This document shows positions 51,025 through 61,993 of a stretch of 64,000 nucleotides of DNA, piece by piece. The notes below the pieces were generated by a model. That model was given only the letters and a program-made list of their open reading frames with translations. It made no database searches and was not told where the DNA came from. This DNA is from Octopus bimaculoides (lineage: Eukaryota): NCBI RefSeq assembly GCF_001194135.2, contig NC_069003.1, forward strand, positions 18,865,148 through 18,929,147. The letters run 5' to 3'. Numbering within the stretch: position 1 is the stretch's first letter; the number at the start of each line of letters is the position of its first letter. The position numbers were made by a program, and so were the translations under genes.

Positions 51025-51578
51025 GTAAGGATCAGCACACTTTATTTCTTACCCTTTTTTGTTTCCAACTGACAATCTGTTGTAATAGTAGTCACATAAG
51101 CACCATGGAAACTGAGTTAAGCTTCAGGGCTTCTTCCTTTCTTTTTTTCTTTTAAGTCTTGGGACTCTTGACAGAGCTAAGTCTAAACATTTTCAGTTTT
51201 GCAACAATATAGTAATGATATATTTTTTCTTTTTTGCTTGCTTTCAATGCTTGTATAAATGACTGAGTGTGGTTGAGGAGCATCTGAGCAGCTTTTGTGG
51301 TTGTTGTTATTGTTTAGCCCTAAGCCAGCTCTAAGACCTTGGATTTCTAAGCTTCTACAGATGATCTGAATGAGGTTGAACCAAAAGCAATCTTCACTGT
51401 TGTCATTCATTTCCAGCACAGCTCTGAAACAGTTGTTATCATATTTCTGTTGAAATACACTGACTTTGTTTCAGTTAATTTTGAAAATAAATGAGGGATT
51501 TAGTAAAATAACTGTTGCTGTTATTAAATTGGTGTTTGGAGCATAAATATACAGAACACATTGATAGTCATACAATAT

Positions 51579-51806
51579 TTAACCCATTTGTTATCATATT
51601 TCTGATAAAATACACTGCTTTTGTTTCAATTTATTATAAAAAAAACAAAAAAAAAATAATAATAATTTAGTAAAATAATTTTGTCATTATCAAGCTGGTG
51701 TTTGGAACAATATAAATTAACATAAAAGTTTAATGGAAAAAAGTTTACAAACTCGCTGTCATAGAACCTGGGTCAGAGTCATGCTGGTTGGTATCAAAAG
51801 TGTTAA
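51579..51806. mobile_element. piggyBac-like MITE family B, preceded by a partial copy at 51430-51550
   Basis: TTAA-cccatttgttatcatatttctg ... ggtatcaaaagtg-TTAA. Other copies at about 14497-15090, 37100-37321 and 58015-58438. Confidence 0.7.
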
Positions 51807-52587
51807 GTTTATACGATGTATGAGCAACCTTTGTTGTTTAGCTCCAAGACAACAGTAAGAGTTTGCATTCCTTACTTTGTATGAATGATTAAGGTTAAGC
51901 AACTAAATAACTTTCTTCATTGGCTGCAGTGATGGTAGCATCTAGTTCTAGGGCAAATGTCAGATCTTGGATTCCTAAACTTGTATCGATGACTGAATGT
52001 GTTTGAGCAGATGAGCAACTATTATTTTATTTTTTTGGTGTTGTTTCTGTTATTTAGCTCTAGCAGAACACTGAAATCAAGTCACTTCTGCTTGCTATAG
52101 CCTCAAGTCTACCAAAGTCTTGTCTGTAATTTGGTTGACAAAAACTGGAAGTCCATTGGAAGAATATTCCTGTTGTTGCTGGATGGATCATGGGCATAAT
52201 CTGTTGTCTAATTTTGATCTTTGGGTGCCTTCAGCAGAGACCATCCAGTTTGAGAACAGTTTCTTCCCTTTCTTCCCTCTCACCAATCTGGAGGCCCTGA
52301 ATTGGCTCATGGGCATGACCCTTATCATGACTAAAGCATAAAAATACATGTATATGTATGTGTGCACACAATGTTATGTAGTGTATCTATGTGTGTATGT
52401 ATATATATATTTATGTATGTGTGTGAGTATGTGTGCATATATATCATGATGTGGTAAGACTTCAACAAGTAGAATAACACTCAATCAGCTAAGAGAGTAG
52501 AAGTAATGTTATAAAAACTACAAATCTTCTTAATACAGCTACCTAGGGTTTCCTGATTAAAGTAATAATAATAATAGCGATCTCAAT

Positions 52588-52818
52588 TTTCTTTCTTTCA
52601 TAATGATATGTTGATCTCCTGGCACTGTCATGTCAATTATTAGGCACTCTTGTTTGTTCCTCCTAAAGGTTATTATATCCAGCCTTCAGTGCTCTGATAC
52701 CTTGTCTTCCAGACACCGAAAGCCAGGTATGGTAATCTTTCGGAGGGACAAACAAGAGTGCCTAATAATTGATGTGACAGTGCCAAGAGATCAAAATGAC
52801 ATCATGAAAGAAAGAAAG
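52588..52818. mobile_element. Palindrome of two inverted fragments of an RLE-type (R2/NeSL/CRE-like) non-LTR element
   Basis: Arms of about 100 bp are reverse-complementary. The right arm encodes RKPGMVIFRRDKQECLIIDVTVPRDQNDIMKERK, resembling the PD-..-D-..-K restriction-like endonuclease motif. Confidence 0.7.
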
Positions 52819-53534
52819 TATCATATTAGAATTCTGCAATTAAACATGGTGTGTCCAAAAAAATACGGGCATTCTTTCGCTTGAACCAGCACACTTCATT
52901 AATTTCTGTAAAAATTTTTTTATTTATTTACTTTTTTCGTGTTATGTTCAGCTCTGTATATTTGTAGTCAGTCACACATGTACACTTGTTTTTGTATGTA
53001 TGTTTGTATACATTTATGTTTGTGTGTGTGTGAGAAAGAGAGAGAGAGAGAGTGAAGGGATGTGTTGTCATGTATACATACATAAATCCATATGCATACA
53101 TCTTTTTTGTATGTATGTGTGTGTGTGTGAGACAGAGAGAGTGATGTCTAAGTGGCACTGACTCACTCACACACTCTCTCTCTCTTTCTCTCTCACAGAC
53201 ACAGGCATCCATTTCATATACACGTACATACATCTTTCACTTTCTCATCTCTTTCACTTTAAAACAAAAGTAAATAGCTAAAAATTTTTTACAGAAATTA
53301 ACAAACAAAACCAGCTGTTCATTTTGGCATTTCTGCAGGTTCAAGCAAAAGAATGCCAAAATATGCAACTGAAAAGAACATTTAGCAGCAAAGGCATGAC
53401 GGCAGACAATATCATAAAAATGTTTAGAATTGCAAATCAAATGTGAAAATATTATCATGTGGCTAGCAGAAAACTGCCTGGAGGGCAGTCTTTCTATTAG
53501 TATATATATATGTGTGTGTGTGTGTGTGAAAGTG

Positions 53535-53830
53535 CATGGCTTATTGGTTAGGGTATTCAGTTCATGGTCTTAAGGTCAGAAGTGATTTCAGACAATGCAT
53601 TGTGTCCTTGAGCAAGACACTTTACTTCACGTTGTTCTTGCCCAATCAGTCAGCAAAAATGAGTTGCAGCTGTAATTTAAAGAGCCCTCCTTGTTGCATT
53701 CTGTGTCACGCTGAATCTCTCTGAGAATTACATGCAGGATACACTTGTCTCTGGATTGGTCAGTCACTTGCACATTAATTAAACAAGCAGGCTGTTCCAT
53801 TGATTAGATCAACAGGAAACCTCATTGTCG
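53535..53830 (+). mobile_element. tRNA-type SINE family 3 (core ccttgagcaagacactttatttcacgttg); copies at about 33765-34110 and 55465-55745
   Basis: Shared head gtggttagggtatt, shared core and shared tail gtgtcacgctgaatctc...cagccacttgcacatt. Confidence 0.7.
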
Positions 53831-54736
53831 TGAGTGACTTAGTGCCAGTTTATATATATATATTACATACAGTATGAGTGTTTTTCTAATTTATTGAAGG
53901 AGTTTTATGTTGTTTAGTTACAGTAATATTTTTATTAATTACAAGACTAATCAAACAGTACTAAAGTTAGGAAGTAATAGACAACTTAAACTGAAATGTT
54001 AATTTATTGTTTGTGTATTGGGTGTGTAGGTTTCTGTACTATTAACAGCGCTAATAAATATAAGTACCAGTTAAATTTTGGGTTCAATTTAATTGACTAA
54101 TCTAATCTAATTGAGCTAGTTTTCTTTGCATTAATTCGTGATTATACAATGGTATTGTATAATGCTGCATACATATATTAATGCAGATGTGTACACACAG
54201 TTTCTTGTATACTGAAATTAATACGATTTGAATAAGGTTGTGAAATGGATGTAACCCTATGGATGTCACACGGTTAAATAAATCTGTTTTTAACTTTTGT
54301 ACTTCATGAATTTATGCTTTATATAAGCATGTATGTGTGTGTACATGTGCACACAAGAAGTTTGCTTTGCAACCATGTAGTCTCTGGTCCAGTCTCACAG
54401 CACATCATTTTGGGCAAGTGGTTTTCCACTATTGCTCAAGGCCAATCAATACCTTGTGAGTGAATTTGGTAAATGGAAACTGCATGGAAGCCATTTTGTG
54501 TGCGTGTGTCTTTCACAACTTGACAACCAGCGGTGGTTCATTTACTTCTCAGCAATTTAGCAGTTTGGCTAAAAGAAACCAATAAAGTAAGTACTAGGAC
54601 TTAAAAAAATAAGTGCTAGGATTGATTTGATCAACTAAATCTAATGCCTAGCTTGAGTATAAGAATTTATATACATACATATATACACATATACGTATCT
54701 ATCATCTATCTATCTATCTATCTGTCTGTCTGTCTG

Positions 54737-54803
<67 letters not shown>

Positions 54804-54856
54804 ATGACATGATGTTTCTCACTGTAAAATTGTATTGTTTTGTTTTTTGTTTCTAG

Positions 54857-54976
54857 TAAATCGAGGCTGTACTCACAAAGCGTGTAGTTATGGCTGCCGA
54901 GAAACCTTACAAGGACCTAAGTGTTTTTGCGCGAAGGGCATGCAACCAAACGCTGACAATGAACTTCAGTGTGAAG
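54857..54976 (+). CDS. LRP1: LRP1-like exon: EGF-like repeat (VNRGCTHKACSYGCRETLQGPKCFCAKGMQPNADNELQCE)
   Basis: Acceptor tttgtttctag, donor gtattt, 120 nt, phase 1-1, six Cys; TLQGPKCFC resembles human TLDGPTCYC. Confidence 0.9.
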
Positions 54977-55759
54977 GTATTTATTATCTTTATTTCTTTT
55001 TTAAATTCCTTTTTTCTCTGAAACACATGTTTTCAAAGACTTCTCAATCCTTTAAGTCTTTGTCATTAAGAATTGTTGTTTTTGTAATTAATCATCAAAC
55101 CAGGTCTGAATTTGACCGGTTTTTCTAAACTAAAGATAAGTGCAGGTATGGCTGTATGGTTGAGAAGTTTGCTCCTAACCATGTGGTTTGGGGTTCAGTC
55201 CCATGGCAGAGTATAGCTTTAGGTTGACCAATGCCTTTTGAGTTGAATTTAGATGGAAATTGTGTGGACTCCCAATATGCATGACTTTGTGCTTCATCAT
55301 CCTCATTTAACATCTGTGCTCCATGCTGACGTGGTTTGACAGGATTCAATGAGTTTGAGGACCATATCATACTCCAGTGTATGTTATGGCATGGTTTCTA
55401 ATGCTGGTTGCCCTTCCTTGTTTTAACCACTTTTTTTTGTGTGTGTGTGTGTGTGTGTGTGAAGGCTTAGTGATTAGGGTATTGAGCTCATGACCATAAG
55501 ATTGGGAGTACAGTTCCTGGCAGCACATGTCCTTCAATAAGACGCTTTATTTCACGTTGTTCCAGTCCACTGGCAAAAATGAGTATTACCTCTATTTCAA
55601 AGGGCCACTCTTGTCACATCTTGTGTCACACTGAATCTCCCAAGATCTACATTTAGGGCACATGTGTCTGTGGATTGCTCAGCCACTTGCACATTTATTT
55701 CACAAGCAGGCTGTTCTGTTGATCGGATCAACTAGAATCCTTGTCCTCAGTTTTTTTTT

Positions 55760-56220
55760 ATCTCTCACTCAGACCCATGCTTTCACCATCTGAGACATTG
55801 ACTATCGATAATCTTCCTCCATTCAGGCCTGTCCTAGGATTTCCTCTCTAACTATTCTCAGTTCCAGCAATTTCTAGGCCAGATCACCAGGAGCTTCTTT
55901 TCTTTGGCCTTCTTCTCTTCCATTTACCTTGGTAGGGGGGTGAGGGTTCCACTCAAGGAAAGTCTGACAACAGTCATTTCCATGATAACAAAACTGTATC
56001 TCTTCCACTCAGCAGCAACTTGTACTGTTTTGCCACTCTCATTCATGGTTCTGATGTTCCACAAACCAAAGACAGCTTTTCTCCTCAGCATTAAGAAGCA
56101 TATCAGATGCGTAGCAGCCTTTTTGTTGAAGCTGCCATGCTTCATTCCTTCTTTGTAAGGTCCTTCTGATTCCCCAGAACTGTAAGATTTTCTTTGGTTG
56201 TTTTGGATGTTTCTGGGGCA
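55760..56220 (-). mobile_element. Internally deleted RTE-like LINE
   Basis: LWNIRTMNESGKTVQVAAEWKRY (start of the AP endonuclease) runs within about 100 bp into GKWKRRRPKK...EWRKIIDSQC (RTE C-terminus). Confidence 0.65.
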
Positions 56221-56456
56221 AGTGTAGGTTTTACAAAATGAGGCTGCTAACCCAACACTGGGTTGAATATCGTTTGTTTTACAAAATAATTTTTTAAAAT
56301 TTAATTTTATTAAAAAAGATACTTTATTCTGTGTAACTTATTTTTAAAAACTTAGTTGTACACACTAACTAGAGAGAGAGAGGTGATTGATTTTCATTCA
56401 TTTCTTTTTGTTTTTAATTTTAATTTTTCTTCCTTGTTATTCTTGATTCCTTCCAG

Positions 56457-56585
56457 ACATGGATGAGTGCAGCTATGATGGCTTCTGTGACCAGACATGT
56501 GTTAATGGTTACACCAACTATTCATGCAGTTGTGTTGCTGGTTATGATCTCAAAGAGGACAACAAGTCTTGTGAAGCCATTAATG
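56457..56585 (+). CDS. LRP1: LRP1-like exon: calcium-binding EGF repeat ([43 protein letters not shown])
   Basis: Long pyrimidine tract and ttccag acceptor, donor gtaggt, 129 nt, phase 1-1; D-x-D-E-C motif; DNKSC resembles human DNRSC. Confidence 0.93.
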
Positions 56586-58228
56586 GTAGGTGCTTCTCTT
56601 TTAAACACTTTTTTAATAAGAATTGTTTTTTTTTTCATTTCATTTTTTTCCAATCCTAATCTTTTTCTTTCCTAGCCTCATCACCACCATCATCATCATC
56701 TTGCTGTTCTTGTAATTGGTTTCAAATTTTGGCACAAGACCAGCAATTTTGGGGGTGACAGATGAAATGCCGTTAAGCATTGTGCCCCGCATGCCAATGA
56801 TTCTACCTACTAGCCACCTTAATGTTGTTCTTGTAATTAGTACTAGATATGGCAAAGAGAGACAGCTACCTCTGTGTCTATGTTGTTATTGTTTGTTGTT
56901 GTTGTTGGTGGTGGTAGTAGTAGTAGTAGTAGTACTTGATAGACCGGTTCCCCAATAATATAACATCTATTTTGTAGTTGGTATTAGATATGGTAAAGGG
57001 AGCCATTGTATTGTTGCTGTTGGTACTTGATAGCCAGACGTCTGCTTTGTTGTTACTTGACACAACAATGGGAGACAACAATTGTATATTTTGTTATCAA
57101 TCCTGATGTACTTATTCAGTAGGTCTCTTGCCAAACTGGTAAGTTACGGGGACATAAACACACCAAAACCAGTTATCAAATGGTGGTCACACACACACAC
57201 ACACACATATGCTGGGCTTCTTTCAGTTTCCATCTACCAAGAAGCCATGCTGTGGGACTGAACCCAGAACCATGTAGTGGTTGGCAAACTTCTTATCACA
57301 CAGCCATGCCTCCACCTATATATTTTATATCCATCTGCTGAGTCAGTGGAAAGAAGCAGTACTCATGACCTTTTACAGGCTCTCTGAGACCAGTGAGATT
57401 GATACCATTAATGTTCTGCCTGAATCATTGCCAGAAAATGAGTAGGGAAGGTGTTCCAGAGATGAACGTTCTGGGAAAGAAGGATGGAATGTAGTGATTA
57501 GTATAGGGCCTGGATGGTTTGGACTTATTGAGGGCGACGAGAGTAAGATCCAGCTGGATCCAAGAAGTAGAGTCATCCAGAGTCATCATCCTGGTTATCA
57601 CATTATATAGATGAAATAAAACATAAGCCCAGCCACATCCAAATGAGCAGAGGTCTTTATAGTATTCAGTTGTCAGTATTTGATATGATGACAGAGTTAG
57701 ATGATACGATGACCTTGTGTTATCTCCTTTATTGTCAGCATATCATATAGACAATATAAAACTTGTCCTTTGGGCCTGTTACATTACATATCTCCTCTGT
57801 TAATTGATCTCTGGTCAGTTTTAATTCAAAAACAGAAAATACCACACAGTTTTTTTGCTATATCTTTCTCTTTTCAAGTAGCTGTTTACCTGTAGCTGCA
57901 GAAAAACAATCTTTATGTCATTATTCAAGTTATTGTGACTGAAGAAATGAGTAATGTCATATTCCTTGATAATCATAGATTTGTGTAATCACATTAATGG
58001 AAGTTAGATCACTTTAGCCCCTTGGTTGCCATATTTCTATTGAAATACATTGCCTTTGTTTCAGTTTATTTTGAAAATAAGGAATAATTTAGTAAAACAA
58101 TTTTGTCATTATTAAGTTGCTGTTTGAAGCATAAATTAGCATGAAATTTTGATGGAAGAAGGTTTTAATTTAGATCACTTTAAAACAGGAAGTTTGTTTC
58201 TTAGAACTATGAATGATACAATATTTAA

Positions 58229-58438
58229 CCCTTTTCTTTCCATATTTCTAATGAAATACACTACCTTTGTTTGAATTAACCTTGAAAATAATGATGAATT
58301 TCGTAAAATAATTTTGCCATTATTAATATACTGGTGTTGAAATTTTGAAGGACAGTTTTAAGGTAGATCACTTCAAAGAACTGGAAGTTTGTATCATAGA
58401 ATGAGGGGGTAGTGCCAAGCAGGTTGTTGTGGAAAGGG
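58229..58438. mobile_element. piggyBac-like MITE family B, complete
   Basis: TTAA(58225-28)-CCCTTTTC ... GGAAAGGG-TTAA(58439-42). Confidence 0.75.
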
Positions 58439-58482
58439 TTAAAGCTTGCTACATTGCTCAAAAGCCATTTTTTTTATTTCAG

Positions 58483-58640
58483 TTCCAAAAGACGAAGAAG
58501 CAACACTGTTATACACAAACACGAATAACGTACAACATATCAGCTTGTCTGCCAACACAAGCGGGGACACTCTGTTCAGTGTCGAAGGTCATGCTGTTGA
58601 AACAATGGACTTCAATCACAGAAATTCATCATTCTGCTGG
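58483..58640 (+). CDS. LRP1: LRP1-like exon: start of the first YWTD beta-propeller (VPKDEEATLLYTNTNNVQHISLSANTSGDTLFSVEGHAVETMDFNHRNSSFCW)
   Basis: Acceptor ttttatttcag, donor gtcagt, 158 nt, phase 1-0; MDFNHRNSSFCW resembles human LRP1 MDFSYANETVCW. This domain order (LDLa, EGF, cbEGF, propeller) is the LRP1/LRP1B N-terminus. Confidence 0.9.
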
Positions 58641-60704
58641 GTCAGTGAAGCTTCTTTCTTATATCCCCCCCCAACCCAATAATGATGCATTATATATATT
58701 TTTATACTCATGTATAATATGTAATATATAATATTATAATACTGTTGTGCATTAGTTTATACAGATATGTAGGTAGAGTACTGCAGGAAAGGGATTGTAA
58801 AGCAGAACCTTTAAGCTGAACCAATCAGGAGAGCTAGAGGTAGACCAAGAGCGAGACAGTTGGATAATAACTTTAGTCTCAGTTGATTATGCTTGGGAGT
58901 CCAGTGGGAAAGTATAAACGACAGTTTCTTCTGATAAAACGTATGGATGGGGAACCTGAAAACACCCCAACAACAGCAGAAATGGATGTATATATAATAC
59001 AGACACAAGAGCACACAATGTAAGGGCAGAGTGTGTGAACAGTTAGATTGAGCAACTTAATTTGTTATTACTTTATTTTATCAACAAGGTACAAAGTTAA
59101 CCTTATTGGGATTTGATCTCAGAATTTTGAGGGGCATAGCAAAATACCACAAGACATTTTATCTCCTTATTCTGCCATTCTGCTGCCCTCAACCACATTT
59201 TAACAATTGCTTCTAACACATAAGTATTATACCAGAAATCATTAGGATGGACATTAGCAAATTAGTACTGTATTTTATGAACCTTGGCAGTATTGAAACA
59301 AATAGCATGAGGCTTATTGTCCAATGCTGTAACAGTTCTGCTGATTCACCACCCTTTTATAATTTCTAATTTAGGTAGAATATCTTAAATATTGTAGGGA
59401 AGGGGAATGGTCAGTTATATCAACTACAATTCTTGACTGGTGCCTATTTGATAAAAGACAACATGGGGTTTGAATTCAGAATGTAAAAGGAAGTGGTCAA
59501 ATCCCTTAAGGTGTTTTGTCTGACACTCTACAGTTTCTGTCATTCCCTGCTAACCATTCTTGGTTGGTAAATGGCTAACAACACAGCAAGGTAATGAATT
59601 TAAGACATCATAAGAATCAATCATGTTCCTTCTTCTCTATCTTTTGAGTTCAGATAACAGTCACAAAGTCAACTAATATCATGGATGGAATCAATTGAAT
59701 TTACTATTTTCACCTTTGTGTTCTGCAGTATTTTCTTTTTTACCTCAAGAAGGGACTAATAATAATAGCAACACTATGTAACCCCATTCTTGTCCTTGGG
59801 TAGCAACTGCTATTTCCTATTTGCTTACCCATAGAAAATATGAAAAATGGCTAATATTTCCTTCAAACTTTACTTTTGTTACATTTATTCAAACCCCAAA
59901 GAATTCCTCTCAACACATAATTATGATGCTCTCCCACTACTTCTGCTCATGATCAGAGATGCACATATTGTCAGCCACTAAGGGACATGCTCAAGTGGTT
60001 AAGGTCAAGCAACTGACAAGCATATTTATGGTATTGAACAGAATTATTTACTATAACAATATTTCTACTTCAGCAATTCGGTGCTGAATCCATCAGAAAT
60101 GTAATGGGAAATAGGTCAGTTTCCAAACATTGATGTCCAGGTCACAAAAGCAAAGTTTGAAAGAAATAGTCATTTCCTTTGATTTGTAGATAGAAGCAAA
60201 TAGGAAATAACACTTACTGACCAAAGACAAACAAAAAAAGTTAGTTACACATTGGAATAATTCTTTCTGCTATAGGTCTAATGAAATTTTGATGGAAAGG
60301 TTTAACTGATTACATTGACCCCAGTACTTGACTATTTTATTTTGCTGACCTTGAAAAAATGAAAGGCAAAGTAGACCTTGGTGACATTTGAACTCTTGAA
60401 GTTAAGCAGGAAAAAATGTCGCTAAGCATATTATGGGTGCAGTAATGATTCTACCAGCTTTCCACCTAATAATAAAAATAATATGCCTTTCTACTAATTG
60501 CACAAATCCTGAAATTTTGCGGGAGGGACCTAGTCGACTGCATCAACGCCAGTGCTGCACTGGTACTTATTTTATCGACCTCAAAAGGATAAAAAGCAAA
60601 GTCAACCATGGCGAAATTTGAACTTAGAACATGAAGAGTTGGAAGAAATGCTGCTAAGTGTGCTAAAGATTCTGCCAGCTTGCTGCTTATAATAATAATA
60701 ATAA

Positions 60705-61992
60705 TCTATATATATAAAAATGAGTGTGTGTCTGTCTGTCTGTCTGTCTGTGTGAATCCCTAAAACTCGAGAACTACGCAACCAATTTCATTCAAATTTT
60801 ACACATGCCTTACTTAGGGTTCCAGTTGTGTTTTAGTCAAAAAAAATGTTTAACTTCTTCCAGAGTTCGAGCCCACAGCAACATAATATCTCCTCCACTA
60901 TTTAAGTATTACGTGTCAAAAGTGAAACAAAAACACTCATGTCAAATATTTTCACTTTAAAAATGAAACTATTCTACTAACTGAAACAATCACATTTCGA
61001 TACTGTAATGACAGATACTTTCAGACAGAGAGAGAANNNNNNNNNNNNNNNNNNNNNNNNNNNNNNNNNNNNNNNNNNNNNNNNNNNNNNNNNNNNNNNN
61101 NNNNNNNNNNNNNNNNNNNNNNNNNNNNNNNNNNNNNNNNNNNNNNNNNNNNNNNNNNNNNNNNNNNNNNNNNNNNNNNNNNNNNNNNNNNNNNNNNNNN
61201 NNNNNNNNNNNNNNNNNNNNNNNNNNNNNNNNNNNNNNNNNNNNNNNNNNNNNNNNNNNNNNNNNNNNNNNNNNNNNNNNNNNNNNNNNNNNNNNNNNNN
61301 NNNNNNNNNNNNNNNNNNNNNNNNNNNNNNNNNNNNNNNNNNNNNNNNNNNNNNNNNNNNNNNNNNNNNNNNNNNNNNNNNNNNNNNNNNNNNNNNNNNN
61401 NNNNNNNNNNNNNNNNNNNNNNNNNNNNNNNNNNNNNNNNNNNNNNNNNNNNNNNNNNNNNNNNNNNNNNNNNNNNNNNNNNNNNNNNNNNNNNNNNNNN
61501 NNNNNNNNNNNNNNNNNNNNNNNNNNNNNNNNNNNNNNNNNNNNNNNNNNNNNNNNNNNNNNNNNNNNNNNNNNNNNNNNNNNNNNNNNNNNNNNNNNNN
61601 NNNNNNNNNNNNNNNNNNNNNNNNNNNNNNNNNNNNNNNNNNNNNNNNNNNNNNNNNNNNNNNNNNNNNNNNNNNNNNNNNNNNNNNNNNNNNNNNNNNN
61701 NNNNNNNNNNNNNNNNNNNNNNNNNNNNNNNNNNNNNNNNNNNNNNNNNNNNNNNNNNNNNNNNNNNNNNNNNCACATAGTCCCCAGTTGGTAACATTGA
61801 TTTCAAGGCCCTCCTAGATGAGAGACTGGCATTCCACTTAATGTCTGTGTTCCATGCTGGCATGGATTGGAGAGTTATTAATGTAGAAATATGGTATCGT
61901 AGCTACTAACAGTTGAGGGTTGCGTAGTCTAGACGGCATTTTTAGATTTCATTATTCTCTTTAACCCGGGCAAAGTCGGGTATTTCTGCTAG
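60705..61992 (+). mobile_element. Non-autonomous Helitron / DINE-1-like element spanning an assembly gap
   Basis: 5' TC after A; (GTCT)n near the start; 11-bp inverted repeat actacgcaacc (60773-83) / ggttgcgtagt (61918-28); 3' hairpin acccgggcaaagtcgggt (61964-81); CTAG end before T. Contiguity across Ns 61037-61773 is assumed. Confidence 0.75.
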
Positions 61993-61993
61993 T

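Noticed and set aside
54140-54162. 10-bp stem hairpin attatacaat-ggt-attgtataat
   Set aside because: Short and AT-rich; expected by chance in 64 kb of this composition.
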